NCBI GenBank assembly: GCA_030704615.1
Contig: CM060734.1
Coordinates: forward strand, 18,724,001-18,788,000
Reading direction: 5' to 3'
DNA: 64,000 nt
From: Takakia lepidozioides
Taxonomy: Eukaryota; Plantae; Bryophyta
This document shows, one piece after another, positions 49,773 through 61,315 of the stretch; positions within the stretch are counted from its first letter, which is position 1, and each line of letters starts with the position of its first letter. The notes below the pieces were generated by a model, which was not told the DNA's origin, did not search any database, and was given only the letters and a program-made list of their open reading frames with translations. The translations under genes and the position numbers were made by a program.

Positions 49773-51179
49773 ATGGTGGTTCACATACTCGGGGCCCCGA
49801 GTGCAGCGGGAGTGGGAAAGGTGCAGATGCCACAGCGCTACATCACAGTTCTCTTGACCTTTGTGTGCACATGTGTGTGCTACATTGAACGCGTCGGCTT
49901 CTCTTTGGCCTACACAGCAGCAGCCAATACTGCTGGAGTTGGGGAAGCCACCAAGGGCCACATTTTGTCCACTTTCTTCTATGGATATGCACTCTCGCAG
50001 GTTCCCGGAGGCTGGGCTGCTCAGCGCTTCGGGGGCCGGCGCGTGCTGCTCATAGCGTTTGTGCTGTGGTCAGCGACCTCAGCCCTAACGCCCACTGAAG
50101 CTTCATCAGTTTGGGGAATGGTTGGTGCCCGCCTCTTGGTAGGGGTGGCACAGGGCTTCATATTTCCATCCATACACACCGTCTTGGCGCAGTGGGTACC
50201 TCCACATGAAAGATCGAGGTCAGTGTCTCTGACCACGTCAGGAATGTACTTCGGAGCTGCAGCAGGCATGCTGTTTCTTCCCAGCTTGGTGGCCAAGAGG
50301 GGGCCTCTGGCAGTTTTTCGGGCAGAGGCAGCCATGGGTGCTGCATGGGCACTGCTATGGCTTAAATATGCCATTGATCCCCCACGCTCTGAGCTACCCA
50401 AGGCATCGCCACCAAGATTGGGGTCATCTACAGCATTTGAGCGTGTCAAGCTTCTGCACCCAGTCCAAACGGCAGAAGAAACTGGGAAGGGAGGTATGAG
50501 AGAGGTGGTGAAGAAGAAGTTGCTGGATAAATTGCGAGGGAGTGGCATTCCATGGAAACAAATTATGCTAAGTTTGCCAGTCTGGGCAATTGTAGCGAAC
50601 AATTTTACATTCCACTATGCACTGTATGTGTTGATGAATTGGCTGCCTACTTATTTCGAGAAGGCCTTGGACGCGAGTCTGCACAACATGGGCTTCTCTA
50701 AAATGCTGCCCTACCTGGTAATGTTCATCTTCTCCAATGTGGGTGGTGTGGCTGCTGACCATCTTGTCACGCAGAAAATCTTTTCAGTGACCTATACCCG
50801 CAAACTGCTCAACACCCTTGGCTTTGCAGCAGCTGCTGTAGCTCTCATGGTAATGCCCGGCCTCCGCACTACTTCCAATGTTGTAATTTGCTCATCTGTG
50901 GTACTAGGTTCCTCTGCACTTTCAAGGGCAGGCTTTGCTGTAAACCACATGGATATTGCACCTCGCTATGCCGGCATCGTGATGGGCGTCTCAAATACAG
51001 CAGGCACATTGGCAGGCATTGTGGGGGTTGCTGCAACAGGCCGAATATTGGAGGTTTCTCAGCTGGGCCCCTCCGATCCCAGCAGCTGGACCTTGGTGTT
51101 CACCATCCCTGCCATGCTATCTGTGTTGAGTGCGATCTTCTTCTGTGTTTTTGCAACTGGTGAAAGAGTCTTTGATTAG
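49773..51179 (+). CDS. PHT4;6: MFS anion/phosphate transporter PHT4;6 (ANTR5)-like, single exon; start may be 49827
   Basis: PQRYITVLLTFVCTCVCYIERVGFSLAY..QWVPPHERSRSVSLTTSGMY..GFAVNHMDIAPRYAGIVMGVSNTAGT..FATGERVFD; intact 468 aa. Confidence 0.95.
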   Translation: MVVHILGAPSAAGVGKVQMPQRYITVLLTFVCTCVCYIERVGFSLAYTAAANTAGVGEATKGHILSTFFYGYALSQVPGGWAAQRFGGRRVLLIAFVLWSATSALTPTEASSVWGMVGARLLVGVAQGFIFPSIHTVLAQWVPPHERSRSVSLTTSGMYFGAAAGMLFLPSLVAKRGPLAVFRAEAAMGAAWALLWLKYAIDPPRSELPKASPPRLGSSTAFERVKLLHPVQTAEETGKGGMREVVKKKLLDKLRGSGIPWKQIMLSLPVWAIVANNFTFHYALYVLMNWLPTYFEKALDASLHNMGFSKMLPYLVMFIFSNVGGVAADHLVTQKIFSVTYTRKLLNTLGFAAAAVALMVMPGLRTTSNVVICSSVVLGSSALSRAGFAVNHMDIAPRYAGIVMGVSNTAGTLAGIVGVAATGRILEVSQLGPSDPSSWTLVFTIPAMLSVLSAIFFCVFATGERVFD

Positions 51180-51754
51180 AGGTCCGGTTCCCATTCACTC
51201 CTTGATCAGGTAAGGCGTAATTTTGATTTCCCATCTGACAATTCTCATGCATCCTTCAATGGAATTCCTATAATTTTATGGCAATCGTGTCAAATCACAT
51301 CATCGGGGCTGTTTACTGTCATATTATGGCCTCTTGGCACAGCATCAATCTGAGGTTGGGCTTAGAGTGATTAGATGATTTCCCATATGAGATCTCAAGG
51401 CTTAACCCTGCCAGTGAGCCCTTGAATACAAACTATATAACTGGTAACTGGTAACAAAATCCCAGACCTAGGCTCCTCTTAATAAGTCTTTTAAATATTG
51501 TTTTTTTTCTCATAGAGGCCTGGCTTGTGTGGTATTTTCATACATTGCACTAGGGAACGGCCATGTCCTGTCCTTTATGGTGGGTAGGGTGCTAAGTGCT
51601 AACAGAGCTTTTCTGGCTTGCCCTGCCAATCCACTAACATCCTTCTGAAGGCGATATAAAAAACAGGCAAAAATAACCATACCATGATGTAGATATACCC
51701 ATTATTTCCCCTTTATTTAATACACAAGACCTGAATTCCAGTTTGCACAGGTGG

Positions 51755-54113
51755 TCAACTGCCACCTACAAATGCATTTCCATACTGCAGTCTTTGCAGA
51801 AATGGCGGAGTTTTGGCTTCTGGTGCCAGCTTCAAGGTGCAGAATGGGACGATGAAGACAATCCACAAAGCTGCACCATAACCAGAAAAGACATCATCAG
51901 TGCTCCACAATAAAGAATTGAACATTGCAATTAAAACACAGACCAATCAAATCTGTTAGTCAGAGAAGGTTTCCGTGTTCTAAATCCAGTATTCTCACAC
52001 CTGCATCTACATAGAATTTTGTGATGCTCTTCCAATTAAGATGATTATATCCCTCCCACCAAAAGTGCTTAAAAGGCCCACGCTGTGCTACTTCAATAGC
52101 CCGAACCCGCCACGCTTGTGTGGTTATCATGCTATCACGAATTCAGACTCAAAAGGTGATACCCACCTTTGATGCTCTCAGTTGTGCTGAATTCAGCTCT
52201 CTCTCACTCACTTGCACAGGCACAAAATCACTTCAACCAGGTTGCTTTTGGCTGTGCATGAGCATCAACTTTGAGTTGGGTATCATAGTTGCCTCGTACC
52301 CAATATTGGCTGTAAACAGTTCTCTCTCTCTCTCTTCCCCTCAAATTGAAGGCACAAACATCCTATGGTTGTGTAGAGCAAGTGGAGATGTGAGCCACAT
52401 ACCCATGTATACTATTGTGGCCCCTGAAGCTGACCGGCCGATTGCAGATAACAAGTACAGTGCCAGAATCACCTGCTATGCACAATTGTTAGCCCTTCAC
52501 ACTGATTGCTTAGCAGGCTCTGATTCTCACAACTCCAAGGAGAATTAAAGCAACAGTCACCATTATGTATCACTTAAAGGACTGGAACTTCCGGCATCAG
52601 TCATTATCCAGTTGCAGCATCTCTGTGAGGCAATTGCATGGTATTTTTCCACCACCACATGTGCCACTGCCAGTATTGATTAAATGGCACATTATTTCTC
52701 CTGAGAAACAAGTTGGTTATACAATCCTCAAATGAACATACCTCTATTGGGGGAGTGAAATGTGCCAAAATAGGGCCACTTCTGACATACCTTCAAAAAG
52801 AGCTTGCGATCAGAACCTGTTGCTGCTATTCGGAGCACGCCCTCAGCAGCTCCCACAGAATTGGCCACCATTTCAGCAATGCAATTGGCTGACCCTTCTG
52901 ATAGTTCCCATTCCAATGGATCCACTGGCAGAATGCTGCATTAATCCCCAGTGTTCAGTAGGTCAGCTACTTGCCTGACCTACCTTTTCCTGACTGGTGC
53001 TTAGTGCATACCTCCCTTGTTCAACCCAACAGCAGCTCTGCTGTCTCATGCAAAATCAGAGTCTTCAAGAAAAACACAGAACCATGCACATTATACATTT
53101 ACTGCACCAACATATCTTTCGAGACATTTTTCAGCATTGGCTGAGGCTGCAGCATTACATGGTGCGGTTCCCATAACTCACCGAGGCATCTTCTCCCATT
53201 TTTCAGGTCAAGTGCAACCATACTTTGTGACCTGATACACAAATTTTTCCAACAGAAACAATCTGTTCTGGAAGTCCCAGGGGCAATGAGCCCCTTCTGG
53301 AGAGAAATGTACCTTCCTACACTAGGAATATCTAGAGACGGCTTGTCTTTATGCAAGTCAATATAATTCGTCTATCAGATTCAAGGCTGCACAAGTTGGT
53401 CCTAATATTAGTTGAGTTGAATGCAAAACACCCGGCTATCTGGATCTTCCTAGAAAGTTGTACCTGCCGTCTGCTACTTCAAAGTGAAGCAGGTTGGGAG
53501 AGAAGCCACAGGATTTTGCCCCATGAATGGCAGGTAATTAACCAAGGGCTACCTACCTCTCCAGACTACAGTTGCTGATTGAGAAAAATTGCACCTAGGC
53601 TGCCATGGTGAATGAACCCATTCCAGACCAGTCAGGGGCCAAACTGACAAAGTTTCTAACCACGACTCCAACTCACAGCAAGAAATGTAGAATTCCCATA
53701 GTCTATTGATAGGAGCAGAACAGACAGTCCGGACCCTAGTTGAAGTGTAGGTTGTCTTAGCAAACACCAGTGGGTGGGTTGGGAGAGCAAATTGCCGGAA
53801 GGAGGTAGATTTCGAAACGGTTAATTCTGCGTAGATGCAAAGAACTCAGAGAAATTCCGGCGTGGCCTTGCGGTGGGGGGGGTGGGGTAAGCAAACTAAA
53901 ACAAGAGAAAGAAACTTACGATAGATTGAGAGAGCGGTAGATGTATCCAAGCAGGGCAAGCGACCAGGAGACAACGAGGAGGAGGTCAGAGGCAAGGGCG
54001 ACGACATGGCGATTGCGAGCTGTGCAGTGATAATAGACCAGCGTACCACAAATCAGCACCAGCACAGCCAATCCCGGCCGTCTCCACAATACAATATCCC
54101 CTGTTGCACTCAT
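51755..54113 (-). CDS. RTNLB22: Reticulon-like protein B22/B23, four exons (about 54113-53920, 52937-52790, 52472-52403, 51871-51755)
   Basis: GTLVYYHC..SDLLLV..; VDPLEWELS..ANSVGAAEGVLRIAATGSDRKLFLK; VILALYLLSAIGRSASGATIVY; GT-AG junctions. Confidence 0.88.
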
Positions 54114-55241
54114 TTGCAGCTTCAATCGCCTCTACAGTCTAAGCCTGTAAATTGGGATATAGTTTGCTAAATACCCAGCTGTGCAGAACGCCTTTCCACT
54201 ACTCATAAGGAGGATTTTCCTCATTCAGCTGAGAACTCAGCCTCCCAGGCCTTATTGAGCTTCTTCTCTCTATCTCCGCAAGACGGTCGCAAGAAGCAGC
54301 AGGACAACCTAGAGCACGCTCACAATCCGTGAATTCAGAAAAAAGGAATTCGGGTGTCCAGTATCCACCTACCAGTCGCTCCACCTTACTACGAGATTCA
54401 TAGGCGGCTTGCGGGCCCACATCTCGTGATCGGTGCCAGTGCAATTCCGCCCAAAGTCGTCTCTGTGGCAGTTGTGCAGTGTGACTCGGCAGCCTGCCCT
54501 TACTTCCACCCATACTGCCATGGATTCACAACCCACATTCTATATTTGACCCCTTCAAACCAGGGCAAAGTTTCCCCTTCAAAAACTATAGAGTCCCCAC
54601 CTCCATGAATATCACCGTCTCAACGAGGAACATTCCTAACAAGGGGCATTGGTTCCGATACCTCCATACCAAAACGGCCACCTCCACCTTCTCTCCATCC
54701 TCTGTGTAGGAGACTAAACAAGGCGTGAGATACACGGAGGCCCTGCCATTGTTTTATTGTTATGAAGTTTTATGGAATTATCTTATGGCTAATAATAATG
54801 TATTTTAATTTTGAAGTGATTATAAAGTGATGTTCTATTTGTAAAATGAAATGTTGTGTGTGTACATAATAATGATGGAAGTAATATAGTAAATTATCAC
54901 GGAAGATAAAGTGATTGACAAAGTCGGGAAGTTTGAAAGCTAAATAATTTGGTTTGTGATTTGTCCAATATGCTTCCATTTCAATTTCCAAAATCATTCG
55001 TCTTTTGAAGACACTAAAACGTCACTAATTAGTTCAAATTGAACTTAGTTACAAGTGAGGAAACAAATTTGAAATTGAAGTGAACAAATGAACGTGAAAT
55101 TACAATATATTTGCATGTGAAGTCAAAAATGCAAATTAATGTGAAACTCAATATGAAGTGCAAGTCCAAGTGCAAGTCCAAGATCAAGTTTTGTTCATGT
55201 TCACGTGAAATGAAAATAAAGTATAGTAGAGAACATGCTTT

Positions 55242-55272
<31 letters not shown>
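55242..55272. repeat. (GATA)n microsatellite
   Basis: About 7-8 ATAG units. Confidence 0.9.
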
Positions 55273-55273
<1 letters not shown>

Positions 55274-56944
55274 GAAATATATGTTACACTTCAAGAACTA
55301 AGAGATAAGACTTAAGCTTTGATATAGTTGACATAGAATACGTATTACTTCAATTGTCATCTTTGACACGTTCGTGTGTAGGTTCTAAGTTTCACATGAG
55401 TTCGGCGATCTTATAAGCTTACGTACATTCACAGCTCAAACTACACGGATTTACTTGTAGTGAAAACTGTAGAAAACTTATAACACAATATCATTTGGAA
55501 TAGATATGTTACCTTGGTAGGGAGTGAAGAAATGTTGAAGCTGTGAACCTGCGCACATCACAGTCACACAAAAATGTCAGGAATGACAAGTTTAAAATGA
55601 AGGTCCTGTAGAAAGCATGTAGTTCAGTGTTTGAATAAAAAGGGATATCATGTTTTCTGCAATTTTGTGCAGACACAATCTGCTCTAGTTTATTCTAGTT
55701 AGGAGTTCTTCATAGAGAGTCTTGTGTTTGTCAAAGAATTAGGATAACTAAGCATGGAAAACTTAAAGTTGAAGAAAATAGGTGAATTAGCCATCAGTAT
55801 TGAAATTTTGAAAGAGAGAGTTTAATACTGTGACATGGGATAGCTAGTAAGCTAATAGTGTTGGTGGGAGCAAGAAGAAAAATGATTCAAGTAGTTTGAG
55901 GGAGTTCATTTAAGCTAAAGGATGGGGTCTGGTAGCAGAAGTAGTGGCTGTGGCAAAGTGACGGTCACCAAGTTCATTTCAAAGATTGTTGGCCGCGCAA
56001 TTGTTGTATGGCATGCTAACCGCTTTCACCACTTCGAAGATGGGGTTTGTTCTTGCCGGGATTACTGGTGAAACAATTTTTTTTGGAAAATTGTGGTGAC
56101 TGCCACACCTCCGCCAAGTTCATCTCAAAGATAATTGTTGTACAAGATGCTAACCGCTTTCACCACTTTGAAGATGGGGTTTGTTCTTGCGGGGATTACT
56201 GGTGAAACAATTTTTTCTGGGAAGATGCAAGTGTCTTGCTTCATTCATTGATCTATGTAGCTACTCAGTTCATCCACCATTTCTGGAGAAGATTGACCAT
56301 GATGTACTGTTGAGGGCATTTTCCTGCTGCATATCCACAAGAGCAGTGAGAGATGGAAGGAGGTGCAAAGAAGGAGAACCTTTTGACTTAGGCATTTTAT
56401 CAAGGAAATGGCTACCACTGATGCTACATTCTAAGTACTTTCAAGTGCTTACAGTTTATTCTCAACTGATGATATTTCACTGAAACTGACACAAGGTTGT
56501 AGGATTAACATAACTGAGCTGGAAAAAATCTTTTTTTATGCCAGTCAGATTGCTACGGCGACAGATATGAATTTAGGAAAAGACCATTCTAAACATATGA
56601 ACGTTACTAGTTAGGAGCGAAGTAGGCCGGTTTTGTAGTTGAAATTCAACTGGTGATTAATGAATGTCACTGTAAGGTTGCGATGGCTTTGTACATATTG
56701 ACCCTTGTCCAAGCCAACTCCTTTCGACGAGCGCACTACTATTGTGCAGACACAAATGGAATTTTTAACCGCTTAAACTAAAAAGGAAAATGAAAATTTG
56801 TTCATATTACTGTAGGTTTTGAAAGACAGGCTGTGAACTGTTCAACTAGAGGAAAGACTACAATCTTACATCAAACAAGTAACAATATAAGCAATCATAA
56901 CATCAAGATGCAGACACATCACCTAAGCCTTACGAGAGATGTCA

Positions 56945-57270
56945 CTCCTCCACTCTTGCATCTGTTCTTGCCTCGTTACACACGATGCTAAGTAGGAAAT
57001 TAGCTTCACGGTCCTCCACTCTTGCCTCCCTTACACACAAGATGCTAAGGTGCCTCAGCTCTTCATTCCATACACACAATGCTAAGTAGGAAATTGTAGC
57101 TTTAAGGTCCTCCACTCTTGCCTCCGCTCTTCCCTGCTTACACAAGATGCTAAGGTGCCTCAGCTCTTCATTCTCTTCACTCCATACACACATGCTAAGC
57201 AGGAAATTGTAGCTTTACGGTCCTCCACTCTTGTCTCCGTTCTTGGCTACTTACACACGATGCTAAGCTG
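56945..57270. repeat. Degenerate tandem repeat (tcctccactcttgc...acacaagatgctaag)
   Basis: About four 65-110 bp units. Confidence 0.8.
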
Positions 57271-59182
57271 CCTCAACAAGGCAGCTTTTGCCTCGTAGAT
57301 TCACCACTTGCTATTTGCTATGAATTAAAGAACCCCACCTGCCATTGTCCATTAACGTGAAGCCATGAATAGTAAGGCAGCTGCAGTGGGCAAAGGCGGC
57401 AGTGACATCACTGCAGGCCCCTCTACATTTAAACCCTCCCTATCGTTCTGTTTAGTTAGACTATGGTACTGTGCAGCACAATTGTATCAGAATCAGACTC
57501 AGAGTCAGCCCCAACATCAGTTTCAAATCCCTCTGACCCCAATTCTGAGTCTGATGAGAGGGTTGTCACATGTCCAGTATTCTGGGCACCATCTCTTTCA
57601 ACCTTCACATCCACATAAGGAGGAACAACGGTGAATGGGATTGTCAAGTCCACAACATCTTCATGTGTACTTTGTAGCGTATGTGTCGTAACAAACTCTG
57701 GAACAAATGAAGCCTGCAGTGGAGATCCAGGAATCTTCTTTGGTGGAGAACCAGGAATGAGGAACTTCTTGAGAGAACCTTTTCTTGAAGCTGAGACCTC
57801 TTGCAACATGGTATCAGGTGTGACATCAACCTCAGGGTTCAACGGATCACCAACAATTGGTGCAACGATCCCCGGCCGCGACAGCCCCAAAGGTGACATT
57901 TGAAGTGTTGAAGAGTTTGGAGTTCGAGGGAAGTTTTGGTTCACGGCACTACCACCTTGTCCACTTTGGCCTCCACTGTAGTTGGTGGTGAATGCGCTAT
58001 AGTTGGTGGTGGCCTGAGATGGAGGTCATGGTCTTCGTTTGTTGGAATCAATGAAGCCATCATCTACTATCACACCTACACCATTACAACTGGTTTGAGA
58101 AGGCTGAACTATCACTTGGTGCCTAGTGTTCAAGACTCAGATTCCAAGTTGAGAAGCAAACTCCTCAATAAGGACTCGCATTCCACATCCATTATTTTGC
58201 AGTTGGACTCACACTCCACATGATTAAGCACATGGACTGACCCTCCACAGGACTCCCATTCCAAACTGGAAATCAGTGGAAATCATTAAGGACTCATAGT
58301 CCCAGTAATTAGTCAGCAAGTGGACTCACACTCCCCATGACTAAACACATCGACTCATACTCCACATGAGTCAGCACTTGGACTCACACTCTACATGACT
58401 AAAGACTCAGATTTCTAGTTAAGAATGACACTCCTCAATAAGGACTCCCCAGTATGGATTCACTCCACTGAAAGGACAAATAATAACATTTGCAGTCCCA
58501 CATGCAGACTCATAGTCAGTTGAAGGGGTTGAAGGTCCAATCTTGGGACTACAGTCCTGAGGATTGGACATGAAGTCCCCAGCCTTGGACCACACAAGTT
58601 TTCTGAAGAAGAAAACATGGAAATGTTGCAATCAATCTTACCTGGAACTTGGGTGTTTCTAACCCTGGCTTCGTGAAGTTGCTTTGTCATCCACCTTTGG
58701 CGCAGCTCAATCACTTTCAGCTTTTCCGCAAGTGCCTGCACCTCTGGGTCAAGAATCCTACACCCAAAACTAGAACATCAATCAGGATGCATGATCTCTG
58801 AACAGCTGAAGTCCCTACACCTGTTTGACGTCTTCATATGGGATGCCATACAAGCGGGATGGTAAGTGTGCTTACAAGATGCCACCACCATGTCCCAACA
58901 GTGGAAACCTTTGTGGCAAACAGGGCAAGGAGAGACCTTCAGGAAATCCTTGATGGACGTACTATCTTTGATCACTTGAGGATGACATATAGGCATAGGA
59001 TAGATGGCGAGTCATTTGTCCCCATTTGTCAAGGCCTCAATCTGATCTTGGATAAGACTCATCTCTGTGTCAGCAACATCAACCACATTCTCTGCCACTC
59101 TAATGTCCCTGTCTTGTTGGTCCTCTGCATCACACAAAGCATTGAACTCTTTTTCGATCTTATCAGCATTGAGCCAAAATTC

Positions 59183-61315
59183 CAACGACGCAACGGCGTG
59201 AGCGTACGCTCACGCAGGAGTGACGTGGCGTGAGCGTGATGTCAGTAGGCTGACATGACGACAAATGCTAACGTAGCGCTGCGTCGTCATCTGCCACGTC
59301 AGCATAAACATACGGTACCTATATCCTAGGATGGTCCTATGATTGTGGGATTAATCCAGGCAATCGTTGATTGAATACAATGAAGACTACCATCAAACAC
59401 CCGAAATGGGAAATAAGCCTACAACTGTGGCATCCATTTCACAACATTGTGCAATTAGAATTGTAAGTTTCACTATTACAATTACAAGGACGACAAAATA
59501 ACCTCACAACGTGAGTGCCATAGAGGCTGCCACGGGAAGACCATGGGAAACCTTCTTGACGTCCAAAGGTGCCATGATACATGAGTTCTAAGAACTTGCC
59601 ACACAGAGCACACGCCAAATGCCGAAACAAAACAGAAGTGATGATCGACGACCTCTACCAAAATGCCAAACCAGAGAATTTTTTTTTTTTGGAACAATAA
59701 GGAAAAAAAAAAAAAAAAAACAAAAACAGAGTAGAAGTGATGATCGGTGCCGATCATCACTTCTGCAATGTTTTTCTTTTTTCTTTTTTTTCCCGTATTT
59801 TTCCTTTTTAAAAAAAAGAAAAAAAAAAGAAGTGATGATCGGTGTCGATCATCACTTCTACTCTATTTTTATTTATTTTTATTTTTATTTTTTGTACTTT
59901 TCCCAAAAAATAAATAAAAAACATAACTGATGAGCGGTGCCCATCATCACTTACAGTGCTTCAAGATTTTGCAGAGTATTTTTCATTTCGGCCAGAATTG
60001 TGGTTCATATTATTTTGCTATCGTGTTTGAGTCCTGCATCTTTCCCCCCTTGCAAAGTTAGTTGTCCATCAAAACATGATCTTAGGGCTGGAAAGAAGTG
60101 ATGATCGGCACCGATCATCACTCAAACTGTTGTGTGCGGATGCAGAGAAATCTTCATTTCGCCCAAAAATGTGAATTGCATCGTTTTGTTTTCGTGTTTC
60201 AGTCCTACCTTTCCCCGATTGAAACTGAAATCTTCAAGAAAATGTGATGATCGGCGGCAATCATCACATTTAGACCTAGGATGGTACTTGTGAGGTAGTA
60301 GAATTCCCATCAGCAATCACTCTCTGTAGGGAATGTGATGATCGCCGCCGATCGTCACATTCTCATGTTTTGTGAATTGACATGTTGGGAATTGCATTGG
60401 GTTGGCGAGTTCGCAGATACACAAAATATGTGCTCATGGAGGGAAAACACTTGAGCGGTGTCCCTGATTATCTCGACATGTGGTCGGATCCTGACATGTG
60501 TCCGGATCTCCACATGTGGTCGGATCTTCGTTTGGGATAACAAACCGATTCCGTATTCGACAGCCCCCTGCCCAGTTTTAGCTTCATTTGTATGCAGAAG
60601 AAATGGCACTTCGCATGTGCGAGGCTCCATCACCTGATCCCAGAATGTCTGCACGCGGGAGTAGACATCCCAGATCTGAAGTTATGAATTTTTTGGACTT
60701 GGATGCAGAGGATGCGGAAATATGTTATGATGAGTCTGAGTCAAATTGACCTTTAAAGTTTCTATGTACTCTTTCTTCATCCTCATAAAAGTATTTTGAC
60801 TTGTTGCGACTGTTCATTTGTCCCAAGTACGAACGGAATGACTAATTACAAAACACACATTCACGGGTTGACATGGTCCCACGTGATATTGAAAGACATG
60901 AAATCCAACAAAGTTCGAAATTGCTTTCAGGGAAAAAAAACTACATCAATCCATCACAGTGTTCGCACTCATTCCCCTAACATCCATCCATCCTGCATTC
61001 ATGAATCCTTCGCATTGTTTGCACTCATCAATGTTATATTCATCCATCCTACATTCATCCAATCGATCGGCACGATGTTAAAGATGTAGTCTGCAATAAC
61101 TGGAAAGGATAAATCATTCCGCGGAAATAGGCACCTACCTTCTGTCCGCGGTTATAGGTCCGTGCCTTTGGAAATGACGTGGCGTCAACCACGCTGGCGA
61201 GGACTGCTGACGTGCCGTGACACCCGTGAACCAACGTGGTGACAACTGCTGACGTGGCGTGAGCCTGACTGCGTTCACGTGCTCACGCGGCCAGGCTCAC
61301 GCGGAGGTATTCCCC
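59183..61315. mobile_element. Non-autonomous Mutator-like element (2133 bp)
   Basis: Perfect 9-bp TSD ccaaaattc (59174-59182 / 61316-61324). Ends CAACGACGCAACGGCGTGAGCG and (reverse complement) GGGGAATACCTCCGCGTGAGCC. Removal restores the reading frame. Confidence 0.93.
59630..60362. repeat. Array of about 7 palindromes AGAAGTGATGATCGG-TG-CCGATCATCACTTCT, complete or partial
   Basis: Copies at about 59634, 59733, 59828, 59928, 60097, 60244, 60335, separated by A/T runs. Confidence 0.9.

Noticed and set aside
50021-50602. 193-aa antisense ORF
   Set aside because: Shadow of the PHT4;6 coding strand. The same applies to antisense ORFs over the PPR, pol and 34554-35630 regions.
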